From: Narcine bancroftii
Taxonomy: Eukaryota
Length of the DNA: 64,000 nucleotides
Reading direction: 5' to 3'
NCBI RefSeq assembly: GCF_036971445.1
Contig: NC_091474.1
Coordinates: 209,126,001-209,190,000, forward strand
The position numbers were made by a program, and so were the translations under genes. The stretch's first letter is position 1, and every line of letters starts with the position of its first letter. Below are positions 49,802 through 62,344 of the stretch, piece after piece. The notes beneath the pieces are model-generated. The model made no database searches, had not been told where the DNA came from, and saw only the letters and a program-made list of their open reading frames with translations.

Positions 49802-49850
49802 TGTCTAACAGCGCACCACAATTTAATCCACAAAATTTCCCACGGTTGCC

Positions 49851-52800
49851 ATGGAAAAACTCCTGAGCACAGGGAGCCTCGAGGTCGACCCATGCCACCC
49901 GGAAGCCCAGACATGCTTCGAGATCTGGCAGCACGCAGTCATCAAGGCACATGTGGGCAATATCCTGCCCAAAGAGGTTGGTCCTACTCCAGTCAAAGCT
50001 GGGTCCCCGCACCTTCCAGGTAACCAAAGGCTGCTGCACGTACAAGAGCACAATGGACACTCTCGAGAACTTGTTCAAGCCCCACCCTCCCATGAATGTG
50101 GTCTGTGCAAGGTACCCCCTCAACACCCAAGCCCAGCAACCCAGGGAGACGGCTGAGTTTTACCTGGGACACTTGCGAGAGTTGGCCTGACTGTCTGGCT
50201 GAAGCCAGGGTAGGTGTAGAAGAGGTCAAGAGGCTGATCCGGGACGTCTTCATCCGAGGGCTACGCTCGAGGGCCATCCGGCAGAAGCTGCTGAAGGACA
50301 ACATCTATGCCCTAACCAGGACTGTGGAACTGGTCCAAACCCTGGAAGCAGCAGCCCTGCATGTCGAAGCCTTCAATTCCAGGTTCCCCCAGGCTCCCTC
50401 ATGGCCCTCTCACACAGCAGCTGCTGGCCTAGGCCGAGCTGGGGAGGAAAATGTCACTGCAGCAGGCGCCTGGCGCGCCTGTAAGTACTGTGGGTCCTGG
50501 TGTGGGTCAGATCGATGATCGTGCCAAAACTGCCCAGCTAGGAACCAGTATTGTTCCCAATGCGGCAAGAAAGGCCACTTTGCAAAAGTGTGCCTCTCTA
50601 AACCTGTCGGCAGCTCAGCGGCCCTCTATGACCTCCTTACCTCCCCCACGGACTCCCCCACATGCATGTGCCGGGCGGCGCCATTGTCCCTGCGATGACT
50701 TCCTCCTTCCCCGAATTTGATCGCGCAACATCTGGCCCTGACAGCGACCGTCAGGGCGTGTGCCATGAGCATCTGCACTAACCCCTGCCCTCGCCAGCAC
50801 CGCTCACTGAGAACTACAGTAACGTCATGTCCGGCTCATGGCATGATGTCACTTCCAGCTGACATAACGATGTCATTGCCACTGGCCGTGATGACGTCAC
50901 TTCCCCTGGCCCAGCAGACATGGCAGGGGAAGGAGGCCAGCCATGCAGCTGCTCCCCATGTGCTGCCACAATCTTGGGCCAGGCAGCGTCCGACACGGAG
51001 GGCCCCCGACGACGTTGAGAACGACGTGGTTAACACGGGCCATGACTAGGCTGCCTTACTGATGCTCCCCACGCCACTGGGTGCCATCAGCTGCCGCACA
51101 CCACAGTGCAACCGACGGTAATGTGGTCAACACGGGCGATGACCAGTCCACCCTATTGACACGCCCAATCCCTCTGGATAGCGACGACTCTGAGATGGTC
51201 CTGGTCGCCACCACACTGACCAGTGACATCCACCACGATCTCGGGCGCTCGATGATGGACGTGCGAGTCAACAGGGAGGTAACAAAGTGCCTGTTGGACA
51301 GTGGCAGCACCAAGAGCTTCATTCACCCGAGCGTGGCCCATTCCCTAAGGTTAAAGGACCACCCCACCACCTGCTTGATCACCCTTACCACCAAGGATAA
51401 GACTGTTGATACCCTCGGGCACTGCTCTGTCGATATAATGGTGGGAGGGGAGACTTACACAGGATTCAGGCTCCTGATCATGCCCAAACTCTGGTCACCA
51501 CTCCTCTTGGGCCTGGATTTCCAGAGGCACCTGCAGAGTGTCACCCTTTCCTTCGGGGGGCCCCAACCTCCACTCACATTGCACAACACACCAACCTACC
51601 AGGCCAGGCCAACCTGCAGCCTCTCCACACTGCGCATCACCCCACCGGCGCTCTTTCCACATCTTGCGCTAGGCTGCAAGCCGATCACCACCAGAAGTAG
51701 GCGCTATTGCGCTGCAGACAAGGACTTCATCAAGGCGGAGGTGCGGCAACTCCTGGCGGAAGGTGTTATAGAGCCCAGTAACTGCCCTTGGAGAGCCTGA
51801 GTCCTGGTGGTCAAAGGGGGAAGTAAGCTGAGGATGGTCATGGATTACAGCTAGACCATTAATCGATACACCCAGCTGGATGCCTACCCCTTGCCGAGGA
51901 TCGCCGACATGGTCAATGAGATAGCCCACTACCGGATTTTCTCCACGATTGACCTGAAGTTTGGCGTATCACCAAATCCATATCCACCCGAAGGACAAGC
52001 CCTACACCACCTTTGAGGCGGACAGGCGCCTGTACCAGTTCCGCTGGGTTCTTTTTGGGGTCATCAACGGGGTCTCTGTCTTCCAGCAGGAGATGGATCA
52101 CATGGTAGACTGGCACAAGCTGAAGGCAACATTCCCATATCTGGATAACGTCACTATCTGCAGCCGTGACCAACAGGACCACGATGCTAACCTGGAAAAA
52201 TTCCTCCAGACGGCTGCGGAGCTGAAACTCACTTACAACAAGGAGAAGTGTGTGTTCAGCACCACCCGCCTCGCCATCCTGGGGTACATCGTGGCCCATG
52301 GAGTCGTCGGCCCAGATCCGGAAAGAATGCACCCATTAATGGAGTTACCCCTTTCCCCCACACTAAAGACCCTCTGCAGGTGCCTGGGCCTTTCTCTTAT
52401 TACTCGCAGTGGGTCCCTCACTTCTCGGACAAGGTCCACCCACTGTCCCAAGCCACAACTTTTCCCCTCCCACCTTAAGTGCAGGCAGCCTTCACCCGCA
52501 TCAGGCAAGACATGCGGTGATGAGCGATGCCTCCGAGGTGGCCCTTGCTGCTACCTTCATTGAAGGGGGCGCCCCATCGCCCTCTTCTCTAGGACCCTCC
52601 ACGGCTCCGAGCTAGGGCACTCTGCCATTGAAAGGGAGGCCCAGGCGATTGTGGAAGTGGTCTGCCACTGGCGCCACTACCTGGCTGGCAGGAGACTTAT
52701 GCTCCTCATGGACCAGCGGGCCGTACGTTCATGTTTAACACTTCCCACAAGAGCAAGATCAAGAACGACAAGATCCTGCGCTGGAGAGTTGATCTGACAA

Positions 52801-53760
52801 TCTACAGTACGACATCCAGTACTGCCCCAGGAAGTTTAATGACTCCCCTGATGTCCTCTCTCACACCTGTGCGTCTATGCATGACGACTGGTTGTAGGCA
52901 TTGCATGAGTCCCTCTGCCATCCGGGCATCACCCAGTTGTAACATTTCGTTAAGTCCTGAAATCTGCCGTACACCATCAGGGACGTCAGGGACATGACCG
53001 AGGCCTGTCGGGTCTCTGCAGAGTGTAAGTCCTGCTTCTTCTGCCCCCCCCCCCCCCCCCCCCCCATCCTGCCCCCGGCCCACATTGTAAAGGCTACTCA
53101 GCCTTTCGAGAGTCTCGGTGTGGACTTCAAAGGGCCCCTGCCTTCCACGAACCGAAACGTCCACTTCCTCAGAATAGTGAACGAGTACTCACGCTTCCCT
53201 TTCGCCATCCCTTGTCCGGACTCCTCCACAGCCACCATCATCAGGGCCTTGGGGCAGATTTTCACCATGTTTGGCTACTCCGGCTTCATCCACAGCGATA
53301 GGGGGTCTAGTTTCATGAGCGATAAGCTGCGCCAGTACCTGACAGCGAGGGGCATCGCGACCAGTCACACGACCAACTATAACCCGAGAGGCAACGGGCA
53401 AGTCGAATGCAAGAATGGGGTGGTCTGGAAGGCGGTCCTCCTGGCTCTCTGGTCAAAGGGGTGGGCCGTTGAGTACTGGCAGGACGCCCTGCCCGAGGAG
53501 CTCCATGCCATTTGGTCACTGTTGTGCATGGCTACCAACGAGACCCCTCACGAATGCCTGTTCTCATTCCCCAGGAGGTCAGCGACTGGAATGTCACTCC
53601 CAACATTGCTCACGTCCCCGGGATTGGTGCTTCTGCGTAAGCATGGCCAAAGCCCTGGTGGAGCAGGTTTTCCTTTTTCATGCAAACCATAACTACGCTT
53701 ACGTTAGGTTTGGCAGCGGCAGGGAGGACACTGTCTCAACCAGGGACCTGGCACCAGCAG
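49851..53760 (+). pseudogene. Gypsy gag-pol remnant (several stops and frameshifts)
   Basis: ORF pieces 49851-50156, 50096-50518, 51081-51800, 51961-52563 and 52994-53692 carry gag, PR, RT and IN motifs in Gypsy order. Confidence 0.88.
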
Positions 53761-55374
53761 GAGCACCCACCACACCATGCCACCCTCCAACCCAGGACAA
53801 TGCTGACTGGGCACACATACCCTTCCCCAGGCAGCTATGGGGCATGCAGGGCCTCCTTGACTAACAGGGGCCTGCTTCAGCCTTGGGAGACGAACCCACC
53901 CCCTCACCCATCCAATACGACCCACATACGTCGACCCTGGCCCCCCTGGCCACCTTTCTGTGCAGCACCACACCAGCCACACAAACCCCTGCCACGGGTC
54001 CCCCCACTTCCCTTCTGACCAGTGACCAGGAGCCAGTCCTACGACAGTCACAAAGACCCTGGTGGCCGCCGAATCGTCTCAACCTGTAAATATTGTATGT
54101 ACATAATGGGTGCGATTCTTTGTCACTGCCCCCCCCCCCCCCCACCCCGGGACAATTTTAAAGAAAGGGGTGAATGTGGTGGTACACCACCGGCCTATTA
54201 CAGGGGGAAACCTCTGTACCTGCAGGAGTGATTGGCTGCCAATCAGTCGGCCTGAATGGATCAAGCCCCACCCGGTCGAGTGCCAATCACCCTTTGGGAT
54301 ATAAGCCTGCGCCGGCCACCCGAGGCCTCACTCAGAGTTGTTGCAGCTACAGCCAGCCTGGCTTTGTGGAAGTCTTTGTGGCTTAAAGCGTGTTGTACAG
54401 TCTTTACCTTTTGTGTGTCTGATTCTGTCTAACAGCGCACCACAGAAACATAAGTATATTGGTGAAGTTTCAGGTATTCATATTCATTTTTGCCCCGGAC
54501 TTGGGAGACACACTTGGGTTATTTGGGGTTGAATACTCTCAAATTTGGATTCAGACCAGTATAATGGTAGGAAGACAAATTATACTTAGAGGCTGGAAAA
54601 ATTGGCAATAATTTCTGGAGTGGGCCTCAAAAGTGGGAAAGTGAATGTATGTCTTACAAACAGTTTGATAAATTTGACATCGATACACAAAAATTGGGGC
54701 AAATATCTAGGTTTCCTGGGGGAGGGAAATTGTGGTGGATGTGGTGGTGAAGCAGATTAATGAATGGCAGTTTTTTTCTGTTATTAGAGGTCGAAATAGA
54801 CATAAGGTTATTCTATTGATATTTTTTGTTGCCATGTTTGTTTCTCTTTTATGGACAAGTATATGTTTTGTAACTTCTGATTTACATAAGCTTTAATACT
54901 GACTCAAGGGGTTTGGGGAAAGTTTTTTTTAAAGGACTCAATAAAATTTAAATCAATAAAAAATTAATGAGGCCTATGTTCGCAGACTTTTACCATCTGG
55001 CTGTTTATAATTTCAGCTTTTTGTATAAACACTATCTAATAACATTCTCATACGCATAACCTCTTCTTACAACATTTGAGTTTTGTGATATTTTTAAGGA
55101 TGGAGGTACTTGTACTTTTGTGATTTTGGATTTTAAGCTTTCTCTGAATGAAATTGGGGTTTCAATCCTCCTCTCCACCATCCTAAGTGTAATATCGAGC
55201 TGTAAGTTTATAGTTCTCTGGAGAGAGAAAAAGAGGCCACATTTCAAGCTGCTGGTCCCATATGAGAATTGAAAGTCAGAGACAGGTTGTGAGGTTAAAT
55301 AGCAGGCACCTTTGCTTTCTCCCATTTGTTCTTTCCTCCCCTTATGCCTGCCATATTCAACTATGTGTTAGAAT

Positions 55375-57230
55375 TCCTTTAGAAAGCACAGGAACAGGCC
55401 CTTCGGCATAATATTTGTGCTGAACATGATGCCAAATCAAACTAAATCTCATCTATTTGCATGTGATCCATGTCCCACCATTTCTTGCCTATTCATATGT
55501 CGGTCTGGAAGCCTCTCGAACTTGACTATCATGCTTGCTTCCTCCACTTTATTTGGCAATCTGTTCCAAACTTCACACACTCCCTGAGTTTAACCCACAC
55601 ATCTCATTTAACTTCCCTGCCCCCCAGCTTATGTACATTAAAGGTATTTGGATTTTTTATTCTTGGTAAAAGAATGATCTATTATCAGGTCAGCCCTCAG
55701 TGTCTGACACTCTAGAGAAAACAACCCAATTTTCTAACCTCTTGTTATAGCTCATTCCCTCTAATCCAGGGAAAATCCAGGTAAATCTCTTCTGTACCCT
55801 TTCCAAAGCTTCTACATCCTTCCAGACAAGCAGACTGCACACAATTCTCCAAATGTGACCTAATCAAAGTTTTAAATAAATGCAATATGTCATCCTTTCT
55901 CTTCTACTCAATACCCCAACCAATGCCATATACCATCTTTACCACCCTCTCTACTTTTGCAGCCACTTTCAAGGAGTTGTGAACCTGGATCCCCAGATCC
56001 CTCTGCATAGGATAAGGATACTGCCATTTACTCTATACATTCCCTTTACATTTGACCTCCCAAAGTGCAGCTCCTCACAACTGCTTGGATTAAACTCCAT
56101 CTCCCATTTATTTGCCTACATCTGTATAGTCTGCTGTGTTCTTTAATAGCCCTCCATTGTGTCCATATCTCTACCAGTCTTTGTGTCACTGCGAAATTAC
56201 TGACCTATACATCGTTTTCATCCTTCAGTTATGTAAATCACAAACAACAGTGGTCCCAGGACAGATATGTGCCTTATTAAACTCTATGTAGGCAACATCC
56301 ACTGCTTGAACCTCATTAGCTGTCTTTGTTTTCCCCTCAAAAAACTCAATCATGACCTGCCCTACACAAAACTGTGCTGACTGTCCCTAATCTAGCTACA
56401 TCTTTCCAAGTGTGCATAAATCCTATCCAATGTTCCCTATGAGGCTCATGGCCCTATAATTAACCCTATTGAATAAATAACAATATTGGCTCCTTTCCAG
56501 TCTAAGACTTCACATTTTGCTACTGAGGATACAAAGATCTTCACCAAGGTCTCACCAGTCTTCTCTCTTGCCTCCTTCAATAATCTGTTATGTAACCCAG
56601 CAGACCCTTAGTGCTCTTCAGAAGACCTAGCACTAGCTTCTTATTGATCTCAAGATGTCCTAGCACCTTAGCATGTCTTTAAATTTGGTGAATACCATAG
56701 CAGAATACTCATTTAGTATCCTACCCAATTTCTATGGTTCCAAGTATAAAATTCCTCCTTTGTTCTTAGGTGTCTTTCTCTCTCCCTCGTCACCCTCTTG
56801 TTTTATTGCGTATGAAATACCGTAGGATTCCCTTTAATCCTACTAATTGAGGACATTTCATGTCCCCTTTTGGCCTTCCCAATGGCCTGTCTGAGCTCTT
56901 TCATGGTGTTCTTATATACCTCAAGGTCCCTGTCTGATATTAGTTTCCTAAATCTGTCATATGCTTCCTTTCTGTTTTGACTAAATTCACAACCTCTCTC
57001 ATGATTCATGGATATATTTTTTTGCCATCCCTGTCCTTCCTCTTTACTGAATCATGTGGTCCTGGACTCTAATTATTTGGTCCTTAAGCAACTCCCAAAT
57101 CCCAGTTGTGGGCTTGTCCGATAACAATTAATTCCCTGTGGCTCCTATCTAATCAAGTCATAACTTTCCCTCTCGCATTTCAGTAGTTTCCCACAAGGAC
57201 CAGGTTTATTTTTTCCATAATTATCTTCCA
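55375..57230 (-). mobile_element. Long decayed CR1 ORF2 / 3' UTR fragment
   Basis: CR1 tail agcacaggaacaggcccttcggc at the left; KELRQAIGKAKRGHEMS..RIKGNP; EDWKGANIV; CR1 C-terminal motifs. Confidence 0.75.
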
Positions 57231-57231
57231 A

Positions 57232-57890
57232 TGAGCAGATTTTTGACTTCAGGAGGAAATTAGGAGAAGATGAACCAGTCTTCACTGAGGGGATCAGCAG
57301 TAAAGAGATTCAAAAATTTCAAATTCCTGGATGCCAACATCTCTAAAGGTCTGCCCTGGGGCTTCCATGTCAAATGCAATCGTGAAAAGTCTTGGCAGCA
57401 GTTGTATGTCCTGAGGAGATTCGGTATGTCACTGAAGATTCTTGAAAATTTCTACAGGTGTAGCATGAAAAACATTCTGACTGGTTGCATCACTGTTTGG
57501 TATAGAGGTGCCAATGAATGGGATATACAGTGACATCACGGGCTCCAGTTTTCACACCTTCAAGGATATCTACACGAGGCAGTATCTTAAGAAATGTCTA
57601 TCCTCTAGGACCTCCACCACCCAGGCCATGCTCTCTTCACATGACTACCATCAGGAAAATGGTACCAGAGCCTGAAGAGGAGCACCTGGCAGCACAAGGA
57701 CAGCTTTTTTACTTCTTCCATCAGATTTCTGAATTGACAATGAACCACAGACTTGACTTCACTTTCTCCTATTTTTATTGCACTATTTATTTCTTTTTGA
57801 AACTTAATTTATAGCAATGTTTGCACTATATGATGCTACTGCAAAACAAAGAATTTTGTGACAGTCATGACAATAAATTTTGATTCTGAA
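57232..57890 (+). mobile_element. Rex1/Babar LINE 3' fragment
   Basis: KFLDANIS..LRRFGMS.KILENFYRCSMKNILTGCITVWY; aataaatttgattctgaa tail. Confidence 0.8.
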
Positions 57891-57949
57891 TATATTCTTT
57901 CAGGAAACCCTCTTGGATGCACTGAACAAATTCTGCCCCAGTCAATGTA

Positions 57950-58770
57950 CAATGGGCAGTGAAGAAGGTAATCAAGCTTTGCAATGGGATCTACACCAAA
58001 TGGGGAACTGGGCTAAGGAATGGCAGGTGCGGTTCAACTCAGAGAAGTTTGAGGTGCTGCACTTGGGTAAGTGGAACCAGGGCAGGTGTCCTATTAACTG
58101 CAATATCCTAAGGAGAGTTAATGGAGCAGAGGGACCTATCAGTGAAGGAACATAGCTCTTTAAAGATGGCAGTACAAGGAGAAAGAGTGGTGAAGAGAGA
58201 GTTTGGGAGGCTTGCTTTCATTGGTCATGGCATTGAACTCAAGAGCTGGGACTTCATGTTGAAGAGATTGGTGAGGCCACACGGGAATATTGTGTGTAGT
58301 TTTTGATCATCTATCTGTAGGGAATGGCACAGAAGAGGTTTTTCAAAGTTGTTGCCAGGAAGTTTAGTTATTGTAGCAGCCTGGGAAAACTAGGCCTGTT
58401 TTCCTGACAACAGGTTGAGAGAGGATCTATTGAGGTCGATAAAATCACGAGGTAAATATTGACATTCTGTTTCCTGGAGTAGGAGAATCCAAGATGGGAG
58501 GGCATAATTATAAGATGAGAGGGTGGGATTTAGAAGGGACATGAGGGGACAGTTCTTCATTTAGATGGTGATAAGCCTATTTACCTAGCTGCCAGACAAA
58601 GTAACAGAAGCATGTTAGCTTCTTTTAAGAAACACTTGGATAACTACTGTACCTGAATGGGAGGGGAATGGGCCTGATGTGGGCAAGTGAAAATAAAGCA
58701 GGAGACACATAATTTGGCATAGACAAGATGGGCCGTGGATCTGTTTCTGTGCTATCAGACTCTATGACTC
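57950..58770 (+). mobile_element. CR1 ORF2 C-terminus and 3' UTR
   Basis: LQWDLHQMGNWAKEWQVRFNSEKFEVLHLG; LVRPH; gggccg..ctgtttctgtgct..gactctatgact tail. Confidence 0.8.
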
Positions 58771-58849
58771 CAATATCGGTTATCACTAACATTGAAAACT
58801 CTCACAATGATAATCCTGTGTCTTTACATCTTTTCATAATTGGCCTTCA

Positions 58850-59050
58850 TTATCTGCCAATGGCTATGGGAAGGCCTACAGGGGAAACCTATCAGTGTGA
58901 TTGTACCTTTTGTGTATTTGATCACCACACAGATGGCCTCAGTAGATGAGGCCTTCAGTACCTCTCTGAGTGCTGATGTGACAGTCTTCCTAATTTGGAA
59001 TGCAACTTCTCCACCACCTTTATCTCCCTCTCTATCTTTTCCAAAACATC
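58850..59050 (-). mobile_element. CR1 endonuclease fragment
   Basis: KDREGDKGGGEVAFQIRKTV..STEAICV..TITLIGFPCRP. Confidence 0.65.
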
Positions 59051-59051
59051 C

Positions 59052-59625
59052 CTTGGGCCCGAGGTACAGAGGGCGGTGGGAGAGAGAGGGGGCCACGATT
59101 TGAGGGGAGTGAGGTTGCTGCCATTGCTGGAGTGGTCGCTGCCGCAGGGGGGGAGGGTGCCATAATCGGTGGAGGAGAGGTTACTGCCGCGGGGGGAGAA
59201 GGGTCACTGACGTGGTGGAGAGGGGGTGGGGGAGAGTGGGGAGCCGTGAACTGCCGCTGCTGTGAGTGCCACTCCGGTTCGCAGTCATGGCTCAACGTTC
59301 ACAGCAGTGGGACGTTGCTGAGGGGAGGGGGACGCGCAATTGATGGGGTGGGTGTCAACTGATGGTGGGAGGTGGCGACTGTTGGGGCTAACTGACTGGG
59401 GGGGGATGATGATTGATGGTTGGTGGTGACTAACGGGGCAGGGGAGAGACTGACTACCAAAGGTTCCCGTGAGTACGTGATGTGCCATTTACCGCATCAT
59501 TGTGGGGGTGAGATCCCTTTTAAATTGATCCCCTGCAGTTTAAAAGGTGCTTCCAGCACCTTTGCCCCAGTAATTGCACCTGGGTCCCAGGAGGCTACCT
59601 AGGTGCTGCAGTTTAAAAGAGCCTA
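59052..59625. mobile_element. GC/G-rich non-autonomous TIR-element fragment (Harbinger-like right end)
   Basis: Abrupt G-rich composition; ends cagtttaaaagagcct with an internal repeat cagtttaaaagg; left TIR not found. Confidence 0.35.
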
Positions 59626-59772
59626 TTGCTTACCATGTTTATCTCAAAGTTCACACATTTATTGTGCACCGTGGCATCCATTGGAGTAAAACACACATTT
59701 AAATATCTTCTGGAAAATTCACTCACACACATGTGCCCCAGGGATGGCTCAGGCTGCTGAAACAGAAGCAGG

Positions 59773-60294
59773 CATTGGAGCGCTTTCATCCCTAACGTCG
59801 AAGTACTCGAGATGGCAGAGGTCGACAGCATCGAGTCCACGCTGCTGAAGATCCAGCTGCACTGGGTAGGTTACGTCTCCAGAATGGAGGACCATCGCCT
59901 TCCCAAGATCGTGTTATATGGCGAGCTCTCCACTGGCCACCGTGACAGAGGTGCACCAAAGAAAAGGTACAAGGACTGCCTAAAGAAATCTCTTGGTGCC
60001 TGCCACATTGACCACCGCCAGTGGGCTGATATCGCCTCAAACCGTGCATCTTGGCGCCTCACAGTTTGGCGGGCAGCAACCTCCTTTGAAGAAGACCGCA
60101 GAGCCCACCTCACTGACAAAAGGCAAAGGAGGAAAAACCCAACACCCAACCCCAACCAACCAATTTTCCCCTGCAACCGCTGAAACCGTGTCTGCCTGTC
60201 CCGCATCGGACTTGTCAGCCACAAACGTGCCTGCAGCTGACGTGGACATTTACCCCCTCCATAAATCTTCGTCCGCGAAGCCAAGCAAAAGAAA
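59773..60294 (+). mobile_element. Young 5'-truncated RTE LINE, same family as 33239-34000
   Basis: Near-identical to 33476-34000; one stop in the zinc finger; aaagaaa tail. Confidence 0.92.
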
Positions 60295-61939
60295 CTTGCT
60301 TTGGTGACAGTTGAAGAAGATTTGCCTTCTGCAATCCCATGCTGTGAGCCAGTTACAGGTTAGAGCACTTTTAAGTTGCCACTCGCTTTCCATTTGGTCT
60401 CTCACCTAACAGCATCCCAACCCAACAAACTACCAACCAATATCAAATCCAGTACATACCAACACTGATCCATGATGCCAGCTCTGGCGCAAGTGACTCC
60501 TTGAATCTTGTCTGCATTCAGATTTTGCATGGATGGGCTCTTGCTCAAAGCATGCCTGGCCTCAATGCAGTGCATGCTCAATGAACTTCCCCAGCAATGG
60601 TGAATTTCTGGACTGCTCTTTTTCTAAAATCATTTAGTTTTGGGGAAAATGATTAGCCAGGAAAACTAACAGTTATTTGCTCTCTAAAAATGCTGCCTGG
60701 CCTTCTGAGTATTTGCAAACTTAAAAAAAAATTTTGATTTATGGATTGCCAGCACTTTTTTCTTTTATTCCTTTTCCTTACATATTTTCTTTTCAACTAC
60801 TTCCAATGAAAAATGTCTTTAGTTTCTAAGGTGCTGCTTCCAGATTAGCACTATTTGTTAATTTTAATGGAAAGTGCGACATGACAAGAATAAGCCAGAG
60901 CCCCTGTTGTTGGTTGTAAATTAACATTAATCTTTATTGCTTCCCTTTTGTGTTCCCAAGGTAGTATATGATGACATTGAGACATTAATGTCAAAGGATA
61001 TAGGCCTTTAAATATGTATCTGTATGGCATGAGAATCTTAAGACTCTCCTCTTACAAATTCCACTGAAACTTCTCATTAATCATCATTGTTTCCTTTTAA
61101 TGTCACACATTCAGTAGTTCAATTGTTAATAAGATTGAAATATTTGAACAGAGGAAGCAATTAGGGTCAGGTGCTGCAACTAATCATGTCTAGGTTGAAC
61201 ACACTAAACTACTTTGTTGCTTACCATTAAATTTCTTCTAAAGTCAGAGGAACCTGTCTCCCTCCTGACTTCATTCCAAATACAACAGATTTGTAACACT
61301 CTGTTGACCCCTCTTTGCAATCTCTTCCCATCTCAATTTGCTAGCTGTCTGAGCTTTTCCCTGTGAAAGCTAACTCAGTCTCTTGTTCATTCTACCTGCA
61401 AGAGTTCAAGGGCAACATCACTGAATTTCCATGTACATTACTCTCACCTCTGTTCCATTGTTCATAAATGTACCTAATCTGCAACTGACCTTTACAGAAT
61501 AGTTGTTGTAATGCATTAAATAACTATTTGTTTTAATGTTTGCTGAAAGAGTTTATCATATAATTTAAGAAATACCATTTTACAAGAATGATCTTGATGA
61601 CATCTGCTTTCATTAAGATTATGATTCATTTAGTATTTTGTTGTTCCAAGAATTAACTTTTAACCCCAAAGAGTGAGGGTCATGGTTAATTTATTTTCCC
61701 TTACCTTCATGTGGAAAATTGAAACCTAGCACTGATGGATGACAATAATATACTGCAGTTCTCGGCGTCCTTTATTGTAGGAAATCAGTGCTGGCTTTTA
61801 AGGGACAGAAGCGGATAAAAGTGACTGCCATTCAAAAGAAGATATTCAAAATATAAATTTGTTCACAGGAATGTTTTTAAGGAGGGTTTTTATAGGAGTT
61901 AATGGAGGATGGAGGAGAAGGAATTTAAAGTCATAGACT

Positions 61940-62150
61940 CCCAGACTTTTGGGGTCATACAGCACAGAAATGGGCCATCATTTCCACACTAAGTTTTTAA
62001 CCAATCTACACTAATCCCATTTGCCTGCAATAAGACTGTACCTGTCTATGCCTCTTTAAATGTAGTGATTGTATCTGATTCCACCACCTCTTCCAGTAGC
62101 AAGTTCCAGATATCCACCATTCTCTGCGTAAAGACCTTACCCCTCACTTG
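61940..62150 (-). mobile_element. CR1 3' fragment
   Basis: VRGKVFTQRMVDIWNLLLEEVVESDTITTFK; cagcacagaaatgggcc tail. Confidence 0.75.
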
Positions 62151-62344
62151 CAGGAAATGGCAACAGATTTGAGTAAATAAGATCAAATCTGTATGGCACC
62201 AATGGGTGCCATATATGAAAATAGGAAACAATTTCATTCATGTCTGACCAGAATTGTGAAAGTTTCTATTTCCCATTGGAAACTTTCAGCTCTTATAAAA
62301 AAAATGTTTGTCAGAAATTTAGTAGTAATTGGATATCCAATGTA

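Larger units (their letters stand above)
49024..54444 (+). mobile_element. Near full-length Gypsy LTR retrotransposon (inactivated), no tRNA PBS, RT motif YLDN
   Basis: LTRs TGTGGTGGTACACC...GCGCACCACA (49024-49820 interrupted; 54175-54444); PPT AAAGAAAGGGGTGAA; gag ATG 49851 with CSQCGKKGHFAKVC; PR LLDSGST; RT; RH SDAS; IN VDFKGPLP, HSDRGSSF, GNGQVE. Confidence 0.93.
43480..54965 (+). mobile_element. L1-clade LINE ORF2 3' half, split into pieces 43480-43865, 47133-48630, 48975-49023, 54445-54965
   Basis: NYRPISI..DVKIL..DQVGFIRGR, SLDAEKAFD, KWIRLL|YNNP, GSPLSPIL, YADDILLF, GKVNTLKM, CWRC..H..W.CP zinc knuckle, A-rich end at ~54940-54965. Confidence 0.85.

Noticed and set aside
53044-53065. 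Poly-proline insert in integrase and other long G/C homopolymers (e.g. ~7370, ~54129)
   Set aside because: Homopolymer expansion or sequencing slippage; no evidence of function
49019-54449. Target-site duplication for the second Gypsy
   Set aside because: Flanks ATTAC and GAAAC do not match, so no TSD is claimed; the element call rests on LTR identity, PPT and domain order
59000-59362. Gly/Ala-rich 120-aa ORF and Pro-rich antisense ORF
   Set aside because: Low-complexity G-rich repeat interior fused to a CR1 fragment; no domain or splice support
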